Positions 1 to 10,140 of a DNA stretch of 32,000 bases are shown here, in pieces; the stretch's first letter is position 1; each line of letters opens with the position of its first letter. Origin of the DNA: Desulfocapsa sulfexigens DSM 10523 (GTDB taxonomy: Bacteria > Desulfobacterota > Desulfobulbia > Desulfobulbales > Desulfocapsaceae); NCBI RefSeq assembly GCF_000341395.1, contig NC_020304.1:1320001-1352000 (forward strand), given 5' to 3'. The notes beneath the pieces are model-generated. The model was not told the DNA's origin. It did not search any database and worked only from the letters and a program-made list of their open reading frames with translations. The translations under genes were made by a program, and so were the position numbers.

Positions 1-1113
1 GTTGATATAGGAAAGATTGATGCCGCTATAGAAGAGGCCTGTAAACAGGGAGTTCTGTTGTCCTCTCCGTCTAAACTTGTGCGACCGGGAACTCATTATC
101 CGGACGCGGGGGCGGATGGTTGGCAGCGCCACCTCCAGTCTGATTATTTCACCCTCCAGTGGCATGTAACTCAGGCCTGTGACCTTCATTGTAAACACTG
201 TTATGACCGCTCAACCATTTCCCCGTTGACGCTGGATCAGGGAATAACGATTCTTGATCAGTTCCGGGACTTTGTTCTTGAACAGAAGGTGCATGGTCAG
301 GTGACTTTTACCGGCGGTAATCCTCTTCTTTATGCTCATTTTCAAGAACTGTACCGAGAGGCGGCAAAACGCAATTTTACTATTGCAATTCTTGGCAACC
401 CTACGACCAGGGAAGTTATTGAATCTTTGCAGAACATTCAGCCTCTCTCCTTTTATCAGGTGAGTCTCGAGGGATTGCCAGAGCACAACGATTCCATAAG
501 AGGGACGGGGCATTTCGAACGAATTATGGAGTTTTTGAAGATTCTGGATGATCTCTCCATCTATTCCATGGTGATGTTGACCTTAACCCGTGAAAATATG
601 GGTCAGGTACTGGAGCTTGCTGAAATTCTTCGTGGGAAGGTTAACCTCTTCACATTTAACCGTCTTTCCCAGACCGGAGAAGGTGCTGCACTTGCCACTG
701 CGGATAAGGAAGAGTATCGGAAGTTCCTGGAGGAGTATCTAGAGGCAGCAAAATCGAATCCGACGATGGCCCTGAAGGATAATCTGATTAATATTATCAG
801 ATCCGATCATAAGGAGAAACCATTTGGAGGCTGCACTGGTTTTGGCTGCGGTGCTGCTTTCAATTTCTGTTCTCTTTTACCGAACGGAGACATGCATGCA
901 TGCCGTAAGTTTCAGTCCCCCATCGGGAATGTCCTGGAATCATCATTACTCGAGTTGTATCGATCAAAAGTGGCAGAGCAATACCGGACAGGGCCTTCGG
1001 AATGTAGAGGCTGCAAGATTCGTCCTGTTTGCGGTGGTTGTCAGGCTGTTATCCAGTCGAGTGGTCTGGATGTAAGGTTAAATAGAGACCCTTACTGTTT
1101 CGTAGATGATTGA
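1..1113 (+). CDS. Radical SAM/SPASM peptide maturase, selenobiotic (SbtM-like) family; 5' end truncated by the window edge
   Basis: The frame is open from base 1 (VDIGKIDAAIEEACKQGVLLSSPSKLVRPG...), so the listed start at 58 is artificial. CxxxCxxC radical SAM motif in TQACDLHCKHCYDRS. C-terminal SPASM-like cysteines (CTGFGCG...FCSLLPNGDMHAC...CRGCKIRPVCGGC). The overall pattern resembles the selenobiotic-family maturase; family assigned from memory. Confidence 0.75.
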   Translation, partial: VDIGKIDAAIEEACKQGVLLSSPSKLVRPGTHYPDAGADGWQRHLQSDYFTLQWHVTQACDLHCKHCYDRSTISPLTLDQGITILDQFRDFVLEQKVHGQVTFTGGNPLLYAHFQELYREAAKRNFTIAILGNPTTREVIESLQNIQPLSFYQVSLEGLPEHNDSIRGTGHFERIMEFLKILDDLSIYSMVMLTLTRENMGQVLELAEILRGKVNLFTFNRLSQTGEGAALATADKEEYRKFLEEYLEAAKSNPTMALKDNLINIIRSDHKEKPFGGCTGFGCGAAFNFCSLLPNGDMHACRKFQSPIGNVLESSLLELYRSKVAEQYRTGPSECRGCKIRPVCGGCQAVIQSSGLDVRLNRDPYCFVDD

Positions 1114-1910
1114 GCGCGTACCAGTATTAATTCCGCCACAATGGATACCGCTACTTCAGCGGGTGTTCTGGAAGATATGGGGATACCGATGGGGGCGTAA
1201 ATACGGTCTGTAGCAGTCTGCCACAGGTTCTTTTTTGTAAGGATTTCTTTAAAGGAGGCGATCTTCTTCTTACTTCCCATCACCCCAATATAGAGCGCTG
1301 GAGATTGAGTAGCCTGTTCAAGAACGGCTAGATCGCCTGCATGGTCTGGTCCTGCGATGATTATAAAGTCTTTGGGGGTTGTTATCTTTCTGGCCAGAAA
1401 CTGAGTGCCCTGTTGAAGGGAAAGGCTGCAGTTCTCAGGAAAGAACTCTGGCTGCATAAGTTCCCGACGTGGATCAACAATGCTTATCCCAAAACCATTT
1501 CTATCAGCCACCCAGGCAACTTCTCTTGCCACGTGACCCGCTCCCATAAGAAACAACCTGCAGGCATCATTCCGGGTGAGTTCTTTTTTCCAGAATGCAG
1601 CTGCATCGGCTTTGCCAAAATCAATCTTCTCCAACCGGATTTGCAGTGTTCCGCCACATGACGGGAGCGTTCCTGGAAGAATGGATTTTATTTCAATACG
1701 TTGTTCGTCTGTTGTGAGAGTTGCACAGGCATCAAGAATCTGCTGTTCATTACTGCCACCACCTATGGTGCCGGTAATAAGTTGTCCCGCAGCCCAGAGG
1801 AGTCTGTCGCCAGGTCTTGCGGGCCCACGGCCATCCGATGCAATAACGGTGGCAAGTACAGTACGGGTTTTATTTTTACAGAGGCTGTTGAAGACATTTT
1901 CATCAATCAT
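1092..1910 (-). CDS. XdhC/CoxI-family protein with C-terminal Rossmann domain
   Basis: GTIGGG motif and PSCGGTLQIRLEKI in the N-terminal domain; LFLMGAGHVAREVAWVADRNGFGISIVDPR and YIGVMGSKKK typical of XdhC_C. Confidence 0.8.
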   Translation of the reverse strand: MIDENVFNSLCKNKTRTVLATVIASDGRGPARPGDRLLWAAGQLITGTIGGGSNEQQILDACATLTTDEQRIEIKSILPGTLPSCGGTLQIRLEKIDFGKADAAAFWKKELTRNDACRLFLMGAGHVAREVAWVADRNGFGISIVDPRRELMQPEFFPENCSLSLQQGTQFLARKITTPKDFIIIAGPDHAGDLAVLEQATQSPALYIGVMGSKKKIASFKEILTKKNLWQTATDRIYAPIGIPISSRTPAEVAVSIVAELILVRAQSSTKQ

Positions 1911-1922
1911 GATGAAAATGTC

Positions 1923-4511
1923 TTAATAGATATCGTCAAATATGTCAATAATCTCAGATATTAGTGGTAGGCGGGGGTTTGTTGTGGTGGAATGGTCGGT
2001 AAATGCCTGTTCCGCCATCTGTTCAGTTATTCCCAGATATTCCTTCTGACTGATATTGTATTCACGGATTGTACATGGCAGATGCAGCTCCCGCTGCATA
2101 CGGCTGATGGCTTTCACCAGGGAATCAACGCCCTGTTCAGGACTTTTACAGGCAAGTCCCAGGCTTTTGGCAATTTCCTGATAGCGCTCATGAGCAATAT
2201 ACCTGCTTCCGGGCATGAGGGGGTTAAAACGACTGGGGTCTTCCACTCCATTGTAGCGAACAATACTGGGAAGCAAGAGGCTGTGTGCCTGGCCATGAGT
2301 CAGGTTGAATGCCGAACTGAGAGAGTGGGCCATGGCATGGGCAAGTCCCGGTTTTGCATTTCCGGTGGCCATTCCGGCCATGGTAGCAGCGTTGTAGAGT
2401 TTTTCTCTGGTACTGATCTGATTGCGGGTAACAGCCATTGGCAGGTAATCAAAGATTATCAGGATGGCTTTTATGGCCATGGAGTCGGAGTAGTCCGATG
2501 CCAGAGGAGAAACATAGGCTTCAAGAGCATGGCTGAGAATGGTCATACCGGTAATCGCCATCTCTTTAGCACTTAGAGGGGTGGAAAAATCCGGGTCAAT
2601 AAGGGTGGTGTCAGGGAGCAGCTCACATGAGTGAATATTTTGGCGCTTTTCCAGGCGATTATCAAAAATGGTAATTAAGGCGTTTATTTTAAAACCGGCT
2701 CGTGGTGTGGTTGGCATGGCAATGAGAGAAACCCGTCGTTGTGGCGGATTTGAAAGAGATCCGGAGGAGTTCGCGTGCTCTGGATTTGGGGAGGAGTATG
2801 GCAGTGAGTTGTCAGGTCGTTGGTAAAAATAACGTATGGCCTTTGCTGTGTCGATGGTAGCCCCATTGCCAATGGCAAGGATTGCGGTAGGCCGAAACCT
2901 GTTCATGCACTGTATTCCTTCCTCGATGGAGGAAACTGTGACCACGCGATTGGTTTTGCAGAAAAACTCTGTTTTAACCGGATACTTCTGATCGCTTAAG
3001 TGATTAAGAACAGCGTCAATATGGTCGCTTTCAAGAAGTTCTTTTTCAGTTACAATCAGGGTTCGTGCAACCTCCGGGAGGGTTCGGAGGTGGTTGCTGC
3101 ACCCCTTTGCAAAAAGGACGTTTCCTGGTGTTTTCCATTCCCTGATTCGAGTGTTTTGTTTCTGGAGCAGTTTGCGTCGAAGAAGCATGTCCATGGAAAG
3201 TCCTGCAGTGGCAGGATTACCGACCTGTCTGTCTTCGGCGGAGGTGACGCTGTTACCCGATATTACCAGCAGTCTGCATAGGTCGCCATCGGTGGCGGGT
3301 TGATTCAGGACAATGTGGCTTGCGCGCAGCCGTGTGGAAAATTCATCGCAGAGATCAGTATCTCTGGCATGGAGGACTGCGGTGTGAGAGGTGGATCCAA
3401 ATTCAAGTACGGCTTCACAGAAACAGAGTCCTTCATACCAGCTCTCGGCTGCCAGAATGGAAAGCACAGGAGCAGCGTTGCTCCCTGATAGGGGATAGGA
3501 GGGGCCAATGCCTCCGATTTCAGTGAGGAGCAATTTGGTGTGGGGCGGGACTGTAAACCCTGCCATTTTGGCTATCACAACTGCATCCATTCCTGTACAA
3601 TCCGAATTTGGAAGGCCTGTTTCCTGATCAAAAAGGAGCTCTTCCAGCTGCGTTTTTTCTTGCTCCGAAGCCAGGTGGCAGGATTTCTGCATCAGCAGGT
3701 CAACGGTTTGAAAATAAATTTCCCGGCTGATAATAAGGGTCTGTTCTGAAGATGGAATCAGGCCGTTGTCGAAATGTCTGGATGCAATCACATCGGTTAC
3801 TGCCTGCTCGATATCTGCTGAACGGTGAATAAAACACGGGGTGTTTATCTGTCCGTTACCAAGTATGGGGGTATTGGGTAGCGATTGGAGAGCGGAGAGG
3901 ACAGAGGCGTTTTCATCCATAAGAATAAGGCTGATATCGGGATGGCTGGCAAGGGCATTGATACTGCTTTCCGATCCTGATGGCAGCCACTGGATGGCAT
4001 ATGGCGGTGCACCTGCGTCCTGTGCTGCCTGTTGCATGAGGTTTGCTGCAGCTTTGGAAGAGGATTGTACCGACGGGTGGAAACAGAATACGATGGGGTT
4101 ACGGGTTTTCACACTGATGATTGCCTGGAAGAGTACGTTCGCCGTCGGATGTTCCGGGGAAGGAAAAGACGCCAGTGTTCCGACTGGTTCTGTAATAATC
4201 TGGTACTTGTTTATTTCGTTATCTTCAAGAGGACCAACGGAGTGTATATTTCGCAGTTTTTGATCCAAACCATTTGAGGCAAATATGTTCGTAACGGATT
4301 TGTCCTCAACAATACCTCTTGCCGATTCCTTTACAGCGAGTTTAGCAAGAGCCAGGTGTTGCGATTCCCCAACCTCTGCCATAAAATGGACGATTCTGTC
4401 TATGGACTGTTGATTAATCTGGAGATAGGCGTCCTGTGCGGACATGGCCTGAAAGATTATTTCATCAACCTGTTCTGCATCTGTCAGGTTTGAACTGTCT
4501 GGCTGAAACAT
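1923..4511 (-). CDS. AdhE-like fusion protein (aldehyde dehydrogenase domain plus iron-containing alcohol dehydrogenase domain), likely catalytically divergent
   Basis: 862 aa. ALDH-like N-terminus with FDNGLIPSSEQ, compared with AdhE FDNGMICASEQ. Fe-ADH-like C-terminus with GMTILSHALEAYVSPLASDYSDSMAIKAI and GLAHAMAHSLSSAFNLTHGQAHSLLLPSIVRYN. Confidence 0.8.
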   Translation of the reverse strand: MFQPDSSNLTDAEQVDEIIFQAMSAQDAYLQINQQSIDRIVHFMAEVGESQHLALAKLAVKESARGIVEDKSVTNIFASNGLDQKLRNIHSVGPLEDNEINKYQIITEPVGTLASFPSPEHPTANVLFQAIISVKTRNPIVFCFHPSVQSSSKAAANLMQQAAQDAGAPPYAIQWLPSGSESSINALASHPDISLILMDENASVLSALQSLPNTPILGNGQINTPCFIHRSADIEQAVTDVIASRHFDNGLIPSSEQTLIISREIYFQTVDLLMQKSCHLASEQEKTQLEELLFDQETGLPNSDCTGMDAVVIAKMAGFTVPPHTKLLLTEIGGIGPSYPLSGSNAAPVLSILAAESWYEGLCFCEAVLEFGSTSHTAVLHARDTDLCDEFSTRLRASHIVLNQPATDGDLCRLLVISGNSVTSAEDRQVGNPATAGLSMDMLLRRKLLQKQNTRIREWKTPGNVLFAKGCSNHLRTLPEVARTLIVTEKELLESDHIDAVLNHLSDQKYPVKTEFFCKTNRVVTVSSIEEGIQCMNRFRPTAILAIGNGATIDTAKAIRYFYQRPDNSLPYSSPNPEHANSSGSLSNPPQRRVSLIAMPTTPRAGFKINALITIFDNRLEKRQNIHSCELLPDTTLIDPDFSTPLSAKEMAITGMTILSHALEAYVSPLASDYSDSMAIKAILIIFDYLPMAVTRNQISTREKLYNAATMAGMATGNAKPGLAHAMAHSLSSAFNLTHGQAHSLLLPSIVRYNGVEDPSRFNPLMPGSRYIAHERYQEIAKSLGLACKSPEQGVDSLVKAISRMQRELHLPCTIREYNISQKEYLGITEQMAEQAFTDHSTTTNPRLPLISEIIDIFDDIY

Positions 4512-4895
4512 GAATATACCTTGGTGGAAAATAAAATATGGTGAAAAGTACCAATGAAATTTGATTTACTGTTTTCGATTATCAAGCTTTTACAGTGGAA
4601 TTGTCAAGCAGGTTACAAGTGATTATGGCGTAATTCCCAGATGAAAATAGGAAACATTTTTTATTTGCTGAATAAAATAAGGAAGAAAGAGAACAAAAAA
4701 AGAAGGAGAAATTTTTTAATTTTTTTTTTAACAAAAGAAGTTGTGTGCTAGAGGTGAAAATTGTTTACTGGTAAACCGTGTTGTGCATTTATGGGTCTGT
4801 AATCATTGTTTAAAAATTGATATGTCAGGGGGTGTGGGCAAGTAATAATGGGCGGCCTTTGTGCCCGAGAATAGGTCCATTATCTTGTTACTATT

Positions 4896-5330
4896 ATGAA
4901 AAATTATGTAAATAAACGAGTTGCAACGTATTTTCATGTCAATGATTATAACTGTGTCAGAACTGACCTGCTAATTCTGGCAGAATATTTCAAAGTAACA
5001 CTTGGTCAGCAGATATTGGATGCAGCTGTTGGAATGCACGGAGCGGGCGGGTACCGTGCTCAATGTGGTCTGGTGGAGGGAACTCTTCTGTTTCTTGGTC
5101 TGATTGGTGCTGAAAAGGCTGTTGCAGAGGAGGATATTGTCGAAGCCTGCCATGATTTTGGACGGGCCTTTGAAGCGGAATTCTCTTCATTGCAGTGTAA
5201 AACACTCCGGCCCGGTGGCTTTATGGAGGACGATCCACCGCACCTCTGTGAAGATCTGGCCTGTAGAAGCATCATCTTTTCCATCAGTTTTGTTGAGAAA
5301 AGAATCCAGATGTGGAGGGAAGCTTCCTGA
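4896..5330 (+). CDS. C_GCAxxG_C_C-like putative redox-active protein
   Basis: 144 aa with spaced conserved cysteines: NC near the N-terminus, QCGLVEG in the middle, LQCKTLRP and HLCEDL near the C-terminus. Confidence 0.6.
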   Translation: MKNYVNKRVATYFHVNDYNCVRTDLLILAEYFKVTLGQQILDAAVGMHGAGGYRAQCGLVEGTLLFLGLIGAEKAVAEEDIVEACHDFGRAFEAEFSSLQCKTLRPGGFMEDDPPHLCEDLACRSIIFSISFVEKRIQMWREAS

Positions 5331-5969
5331 TCAGGATTTTTCCTGAAAGATACGATGCACTTCTTTCAGCAACTTTGTCACTTCCAGGGAAGCATCAGAG
5401 CTCCTGGAGTGTTCAATCACAGACTTGCCGTGCATAAGAGACTGGGCATAGGCAACCCGGTTGTGAAGTCGTGACTGCAGCAGGGGAACAGAGTAGAGTT
5501 CGCGTATATAGGTGCCTATCTCTTTGCTGAGTTTTGTGCGTGGATTTACCCTGTTTAAAAGAAAGTAGCAGGGGATGTCGTGGCCCACTTCCTTCTGAAC
5601 TCTTTCACAGGCATCAATGGTACGCTTTGCCGATCTGATGTCGAGTGGAGATGCCTGGAGAGGGATAATAATAAAATCCGAAACGGCCATGGCCCGATAC
5701 ATGATATGGTGACTATGTGGCGGAGTATCAATAAAGATAAAATGAAATTTACTTTTGATTTCCGCCACAAGATCTTCAACGTCCTCTCGAGCCTCGTATA
5801 GCGTCAGGTTGGATTTGGAGTGATCACCCAGAGTCTCCAGGCAACTCTTCTGTTCGTCTGTATCTATAAGTGCAGTCTTGTAGTTTAGTGCTGCTGTCCC
5901 CAGAGCCAGGTTCATGGTTGCAGTGCTCTTTCCGCATCCGCCTTTCTGATTCGTCAGTGTGATAATCAT
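5331..5969 (-). CDS. ParA/MinD-like AAA ATPase
   Basis: N-terminal deviant Walker A KGGCGKST, FIFIDTPPHSHHIMYRAM, and the ParA-like tail RLHNRVAYAQSLMHGKSVIE. Confidence 0.85.
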   Translation of the reverse strand: MIITLTNQKGGCGKSTATMNLALGTAALNYKTALIDTDEQKSCLETLGDHSKSNLTLYEAREDVEDLVAEIKSKFHFIFIDTPPHSHHIMYRAMAVSDFIIIPLQASPLDIRSAKRTIDACERVQKEVGHDIPCYFLLNRVNPRTKLSKEIGTYIRELYSVPLLQSRLHNRVAYAQSLMHGKSVIEHSRSSDASLEVTKLLKEVHRIFQEKS

Positions 5970-6052
5970 GGTTTTTCTCTGAGGTTTAAGTGAATGTTGG
6001 ATTCACTATATTGAAAAAGTCCTATGTTTTCAATGGGAAAGCGAAATGTATC

Positions 6053-7159
6053 CTATAATAACACCTCCGCAAGAGGAGTGACCTCCATGCCAAAGGCTTT
6101 GCCCACGCCATCGTAGGTAAGTTTTCCCTGATGACAGTTGAGTCCTCTTGCGAGGACATGATCCTGGGAGAGGGCAGCAAAGCCATGTTCAGCAAGTTTT
6201 AATGCATAGGGCACTGTCTGGTTCACAAGAGCAAATGTGGAGGTGTGGGGGACAGCTCCCGGCATGTTGGCGACTCCGTAGTGGACAACGCCATCAACAA
6301 CATAGGTCGGATTGGCATGTGTTGTTGCTTTAATGGTCTCCACACAGCCACCCTGATCGACGGCCACATCCACAATAACAGCCCCATCCTTCATAAAGGC
6401 CAGCATATCACGGGTGACAAGGTTGGGTGCCTTTGCACCAGGGATGAGCACTGCTCCGATCAGGAGATCTGCTTCTTTAAGATAGGTGCGGATATTTGCC
6501 TCATTGGAACTCATGGTGGTCATTCTGCCCTGGAATACATCGTCTAGATACTGAAGCCGACTATGGCTAAGATCCATAATTATGACCCGGGCGCCCATTC
6601 CCATAGCAATTTTTGCTGCATTGGTTCCCACCACTCCACCACCAAGTACCACAACTGTTGCTGGAGACACACCGGGCACCCCACCGAGGAGCATACCGCG
6701 CCCTCCCTGATGTCTTTCAAGGTAGTGAGCCCCAACCTGAGTGGCCATCCTTCCGGCCACCTCACTCATGGGAGTGAGCAGGGGGAGCTGACCATTGTCG
6801 GTCTGTACAGTTTCATAGGCAATGGCTGTGGTACCTGCTGCAAGAAGAGCTTCGGTTAATCTCCGTTCTGCGGCAAGGTGGAGGTAGGTAAAGAGAAGGA
6901 GGTCGTTCCGAAGATACTGGTACTCAGCAGGGACTGGTTCTTTGACCTTAATAACCATCTGCGCTCCCCAGGCCTCTACTGCATTCACCATTCTGGCTCC
7001 GGCATCGATGTAACGCTTGTTGTCAAGACCCGATCCAATACCGGCATTTTCTTCCACCAGTACGGTGTGACCTCTTCCTACAAGGGCTTCAACGCCTGCA
7101 GGGGTCATCGCTACTCTGTTCTCAAGGTTTTTAATTTCTTTTGGGACACCAATGATCAT
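6053..7159 (-). CDS. ald: Alanine dehydrogenase
   Basis: MIIGVPKEIKNLENRVAMTPAGVEALVGRGHTVLVE, VVLGGGVVGTNAAKIAMGMGA, and VDGVVHYGVANMPGAVPHTSTFALVNQT are diagnostic of Ald. Confidence 0.96.
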   Translation of the reverse strand: MIIGVPKEIKNLENRVAMTPAGVEALVGRGHTVLVEENAGIGSGLDNKRYIDAGARMVNAVEAWGAQMVIKVKEPVPAEYQYLRNDLLLFTYLHLAAERRLTEALLAAGTTAIAYETVQTDNGQLPLLTPMSEVAGRMATQVGAHYLERHQGGRGMLLGGVPGVSPATVVVLGGGVVGTNAAKIAMGMGARVIIMDLSHSRLQYLDDVFQGRMTTMSSNEANIRTYLKEADLLIGAVLIPGAKAPNLVTRDMLAFMKDGAVIVDVAVDQGGCVETIKATTHANPTYVVDGVVHYGVANMPGAVPHTSTFALVNQTVPYALKLAEHGFAALSQDHVLARGLNCHQGKLTYDGVGKAFGMEVTPLAEVLL

Positions 7160-7216
7160 TTTGGGTACTCCTGTTGTTAAGATAGCATCATGTGTAATGA
7201 TGGAAAATTCCTGTAA

Positions 7217-8275
7217 TCAGAAACTGAAAATATTACGAAATTGCTGTTCGTAGGATGTGTAACCAAATTCGGCTTCGAGTTTAACAATAATTCCGGGTAC
7301 AAAATTCCGGTCGTGCTCCTTGGGAAAAGAAATCTGAGGAGCTACCTCAGTTACAAGCCAGTCCCGGTAAAAGCGTTGCCGGTAACGCAGGCCGAAAACC
7401 GTATCGGTGAGCTGATAGCTCGGGCTTGTCTGAAGATAGTTGCCTGCCTCATAGAGGATGGCACGATCTGAGTTCAGTACATGGTACAGTGAGAAAATAA
7501 CAGCGTGGGGTACTCCGTTACGTTCCTCTTCCCAATTAGCTTCAAGGGTAGTTCTGAAGAGAAACTTTTCAGAAACTTTTCGCTCTAGATCATACTGATT
7601 TCTGGATTCAAACCCATCATCCGTATAGTAACGAAACCGTGAGGTAAATCTTCCCTGCCAGGAACCATAGTCATACAGACCACGGTAACGAAGACCTGCA
7701 TACAGATAGCTGGTAGAGAGACCTGCCGAGGCTGAGATGTTCAGTTTTTCTGTCTGCTTGAGGAAATACTGCAAGGATCCTGTTATTTCGCTGTCATCAT
7801 CACGGCTATTCAGTGCGTTCCCCCTGCGATCCACATCAAAATCTTCGTCGTCATTTGCAGTGAAAAGTAAGTTTAGTCGGTTTTGGGCGTGCGGAAGATG
7901 CAATCTGATACTTACTCGGGGTTTAAAGTCCAGGCTTTCGTATTTTTGAATACCAGCCATCAGCTTGAGTTTTGCTCTTGTTTTGTTTTCTTCCTGGCTG
8001 TAACGGGTGTCGTCAAAAAATGAATCAAGCCAGGTTGCAGCGCTGATAACTTTTTCTGAGAGTGTTTCGTGTCCAGCATCAAAAGTATCTTGAGTTGCCT
8101 GGTCGAGGAGAGGGATGTCATCTTTTTCTCCTCGAAACACCTCAATTGCTTTGTTTTGGTCAATAATGTCAGATTGTTCCTTTTCCTGGGGAAAGGTTTG
8201 GGTGGAAAATATGAGGATCAGGGTGAGCGTAAGGCATGATGTGATAAGGGAGGATTGCAGGATGGGGGCGAACAT
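7217..8275 (-). CDS. Hypothetical exported outer-membrane/beta-barrel-like protein
   Basis: Start moved from 8353 to the internal ATG, giving MFAPILQSSLITSCLTLTLILIFSTQTFPQ, a signal-peptide-like N-terminus. Alternating aromatic/polar beta-strand pattern ending in ...LEAEFGYTSYEQQFRNIFSF. Confidence 0.6.
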   Translation of the reverse strand: MFAPILQSSLITSCLTLTLILIFSTQTFPQEKEQSDIIDQNKAIEVFRGEKDDIPLLDQATQDTFDAGHETLSEKVISAATWLDSFFDDTRYSQEENKTRAKLKLMAGIQKYESLDFKPRVSIRLHLPHAQNRLNLLFTANDDEDFDVDRRGNALNSRDDDSEITGSLQYFLKQTEKLNISASAGLSTSYLYAGLRYRGLYDYGSWQGRFTSRFRYYTDDGFESRNQYDLERKVSEKFLFRTTLEANWEEERNGVPHAVIFSLYHVLNSDRAILYEAGNYLQTSPSYQLTDTVFGLRYRQRFYRDWLVTEVAPQISFPKEHDRNFVPGIIVKLEAEFGYTSYEQQFRNIFSF

Positions 8276-8577
8276 TAGCTGAGACCTCTTTTTGAGAACA
8301 CTGTGATGGGGTGTCTTTAAAGAATATCTGTGATAATAGCCACATAGGCTCATGTCTGGTTTGCTTAAACGTACAATACAAACTATCCAGAGAGGTCACA
8401 ACCAAAAAACTCCTTTCGGTTTTCGATTGAGAAATTTCTGGAGACGAGCAGCCATGAATAAGAGTGCGCTTGAGTCATTCTTATTACCATTGCTGTAGTC
8501 AGTCCATTAAACAGTGCACGCTTATTATACGGACACTGTTTAACAGAATGATTTCTCAGGGGATATCGGGTGCAATA

Positions 8578-9849
8578 TTATTTTCTACGGGGAAATGAGG
8601 CCAGCCTTGCTTTTTCACCCAGTGCCTCTTCAATTCGCAATAACTGATTATATTTGGCTACCCGGTCGGAACGAGACATGGAACCGGTTTTAATCTGTCC
8701 AACGGCTGTAGCTACAGCCAGATCAGCAATAGTGCTATCCTCTGTTTCCCCTGAACGGTGCGATATCACTGCAGTATAGCCGGCATCTTTGGCCATTTTG
8801 ATGGCCGCCAGGGTTTCAGTGATGGTACCGATCTGATTGAGTTTGATGAGAATGGAGTTTGCGATTCCCCTGTCGATTCCCTGTTGCAGGATAGCAGTAT
8901 TGGTAACAAAGAGATCATCGCCAACCAGTTGCACTTTGTCATTCAGCCGTTCACTCATGATTTTCCAGCCGTCCCAGTCTCCTTCGGCGCAGCCATCCTC
9001 AATGGAAATAATGGGATACTTCGTACACCATTCTTCGAACAGATCAACCATTTCGGTTGCCGTGAGTTTCCTGTTTTCCGAGGCCAGATTGTAGTATCCT
9101 TCCTCGAAGAATTCTGAGGCGGCCACGTCCATGGCAATCATAATATCAGTTCCTGCCGTGTATCCGGCTTTGTCAATGGCTTCAAGAATAACGAGAATGG
9201 CTTCTTCGTTGGAAGCAAGATCCGGGGCAAAGCCACCCTCATCGCCTACGGCCGTATTCAGGCCACGTCCTGCGAGGACTTGTTTCAGATGATGAAAAAT
9301 TTCAGCACCGTAACGGATTGCTTCGGCTATGGTCGGTGCCCCCACGGGCATGATCATAAATTCCTGAAAATCGACACTGTTGTCAGCATGGGCGCCACCA
9401 TTGATGATGTTCATCATGGGAATTGGCAGGAGTGGAGAATCCGTGGCCAGATATTCAAAGAGGTGCTGTTTGCGGCTGATAGCAACGGCATGGGCAGCAG
9501 CCATGGAGACACTGAGGATGGCATTTGCACCAAAACGACCCTTGTTCGGACTGCCATCGAGATCGATCATCAACTGGTCGATGGCGGCCTGATCTGCAGC
9601 ATCCTTGCCAAGGAGTGCCTCTTTGATTTCTCCGTTAACATGGGCGACAGCCTGCAACACGCCCTTGCCCAGGAAATGAGTAGGATCATTGTCACGGAGT
9701 TCAATTGCTTCACGGGATCCAGTGGATGCACCGGACGGCACAGCAGCACGCCCCATTGAGCCGTCGCTAAGAAAACAGTCTGTCTCAACCGTTGGATTTC
9801 CGCGAGAATCGATAATCTGTCTGGAAATGATGTTTTTTATATGTGTCAT
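8578..9849 (-). CDS. eno: Enolase (phosphopyruvate hydratase)
   Basis: Start at internal ATG ([23 protein letters not shown]). [52 protein letters not shown]. Confidence 0.97.
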   Translation of the reverse strand: MTHIKNIISRQIIDSRGNPTVETDCFLSDGSMGRAAVPSGASTGSREAIELRDNDPTHFLGKGVLQAVAHVNGEIKEALLGKDAADQAAIDQLMIDLDGSPNKGRFGANAILSVSMAAAHAVAISRKQHLFEYLATDSPLLPIPMMNIINGGAHADNSVDFQEFMIMPVGAPTIAEAIRYGAEIFHHLKQVLAGRGLNTAVGDEGGFAPDLASNEEAILVILEAIDKAGYTAGTDIMIAMDVAASEFFEEGYYNLASENRKLTATEMVDLFEEWCTKYPIISIEDGCAEGDWDGWKIMSERLNDKVQLVGDDLFVTNTAILQQGIDRGIANSILIKLNQIGTITETLAAIKMAKDAGYTAVISHRSGETEDSTIADLAVATAVGQIKTGSMSRSDRVAKYNQLLRIEEALGEKARLASFPRRK

Positions 9850-10140
9850 GGCTATACCTCGTTCTATCAATCGTGAAATGATCTTTTTCATTTTCCGTTC
9901 ATCGAACAGTCAATGTATATGTTCCTAAACTATATTGCTTTTATTTCCTCTGTCAAAACCTCGGCAAGTATATTATTTGGGATGCTTATCTGACTCATAG
10001 ATTCGTTAATAACGCCTTCCGGCATAAAGACAAAGCGGAAAAGGGTCTCCACGGCAGTTTTTTTATTGCATGTCTTTTGCAATCAAACGATACTATCTTT
10101 CAGCGTCTTTAGAGTGGATCTGAGATTTGAAAGCAGCATT

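Noticed and set aside
3841-4263. 140-aa plus-strand ORF opposite the AdhE-like gene
   Set aside because: Shadow ORF; the minus-strand 862-aa frame has clear homology features throughout.
8507-8543. Inverted repeat TTAAACAGTG...CACTGTTTAA downstream of enolase
   Set aside because: Real symmetry, but AT-rich with a 17-nt loop and no T-tract; too weak to call a terminator or operator.
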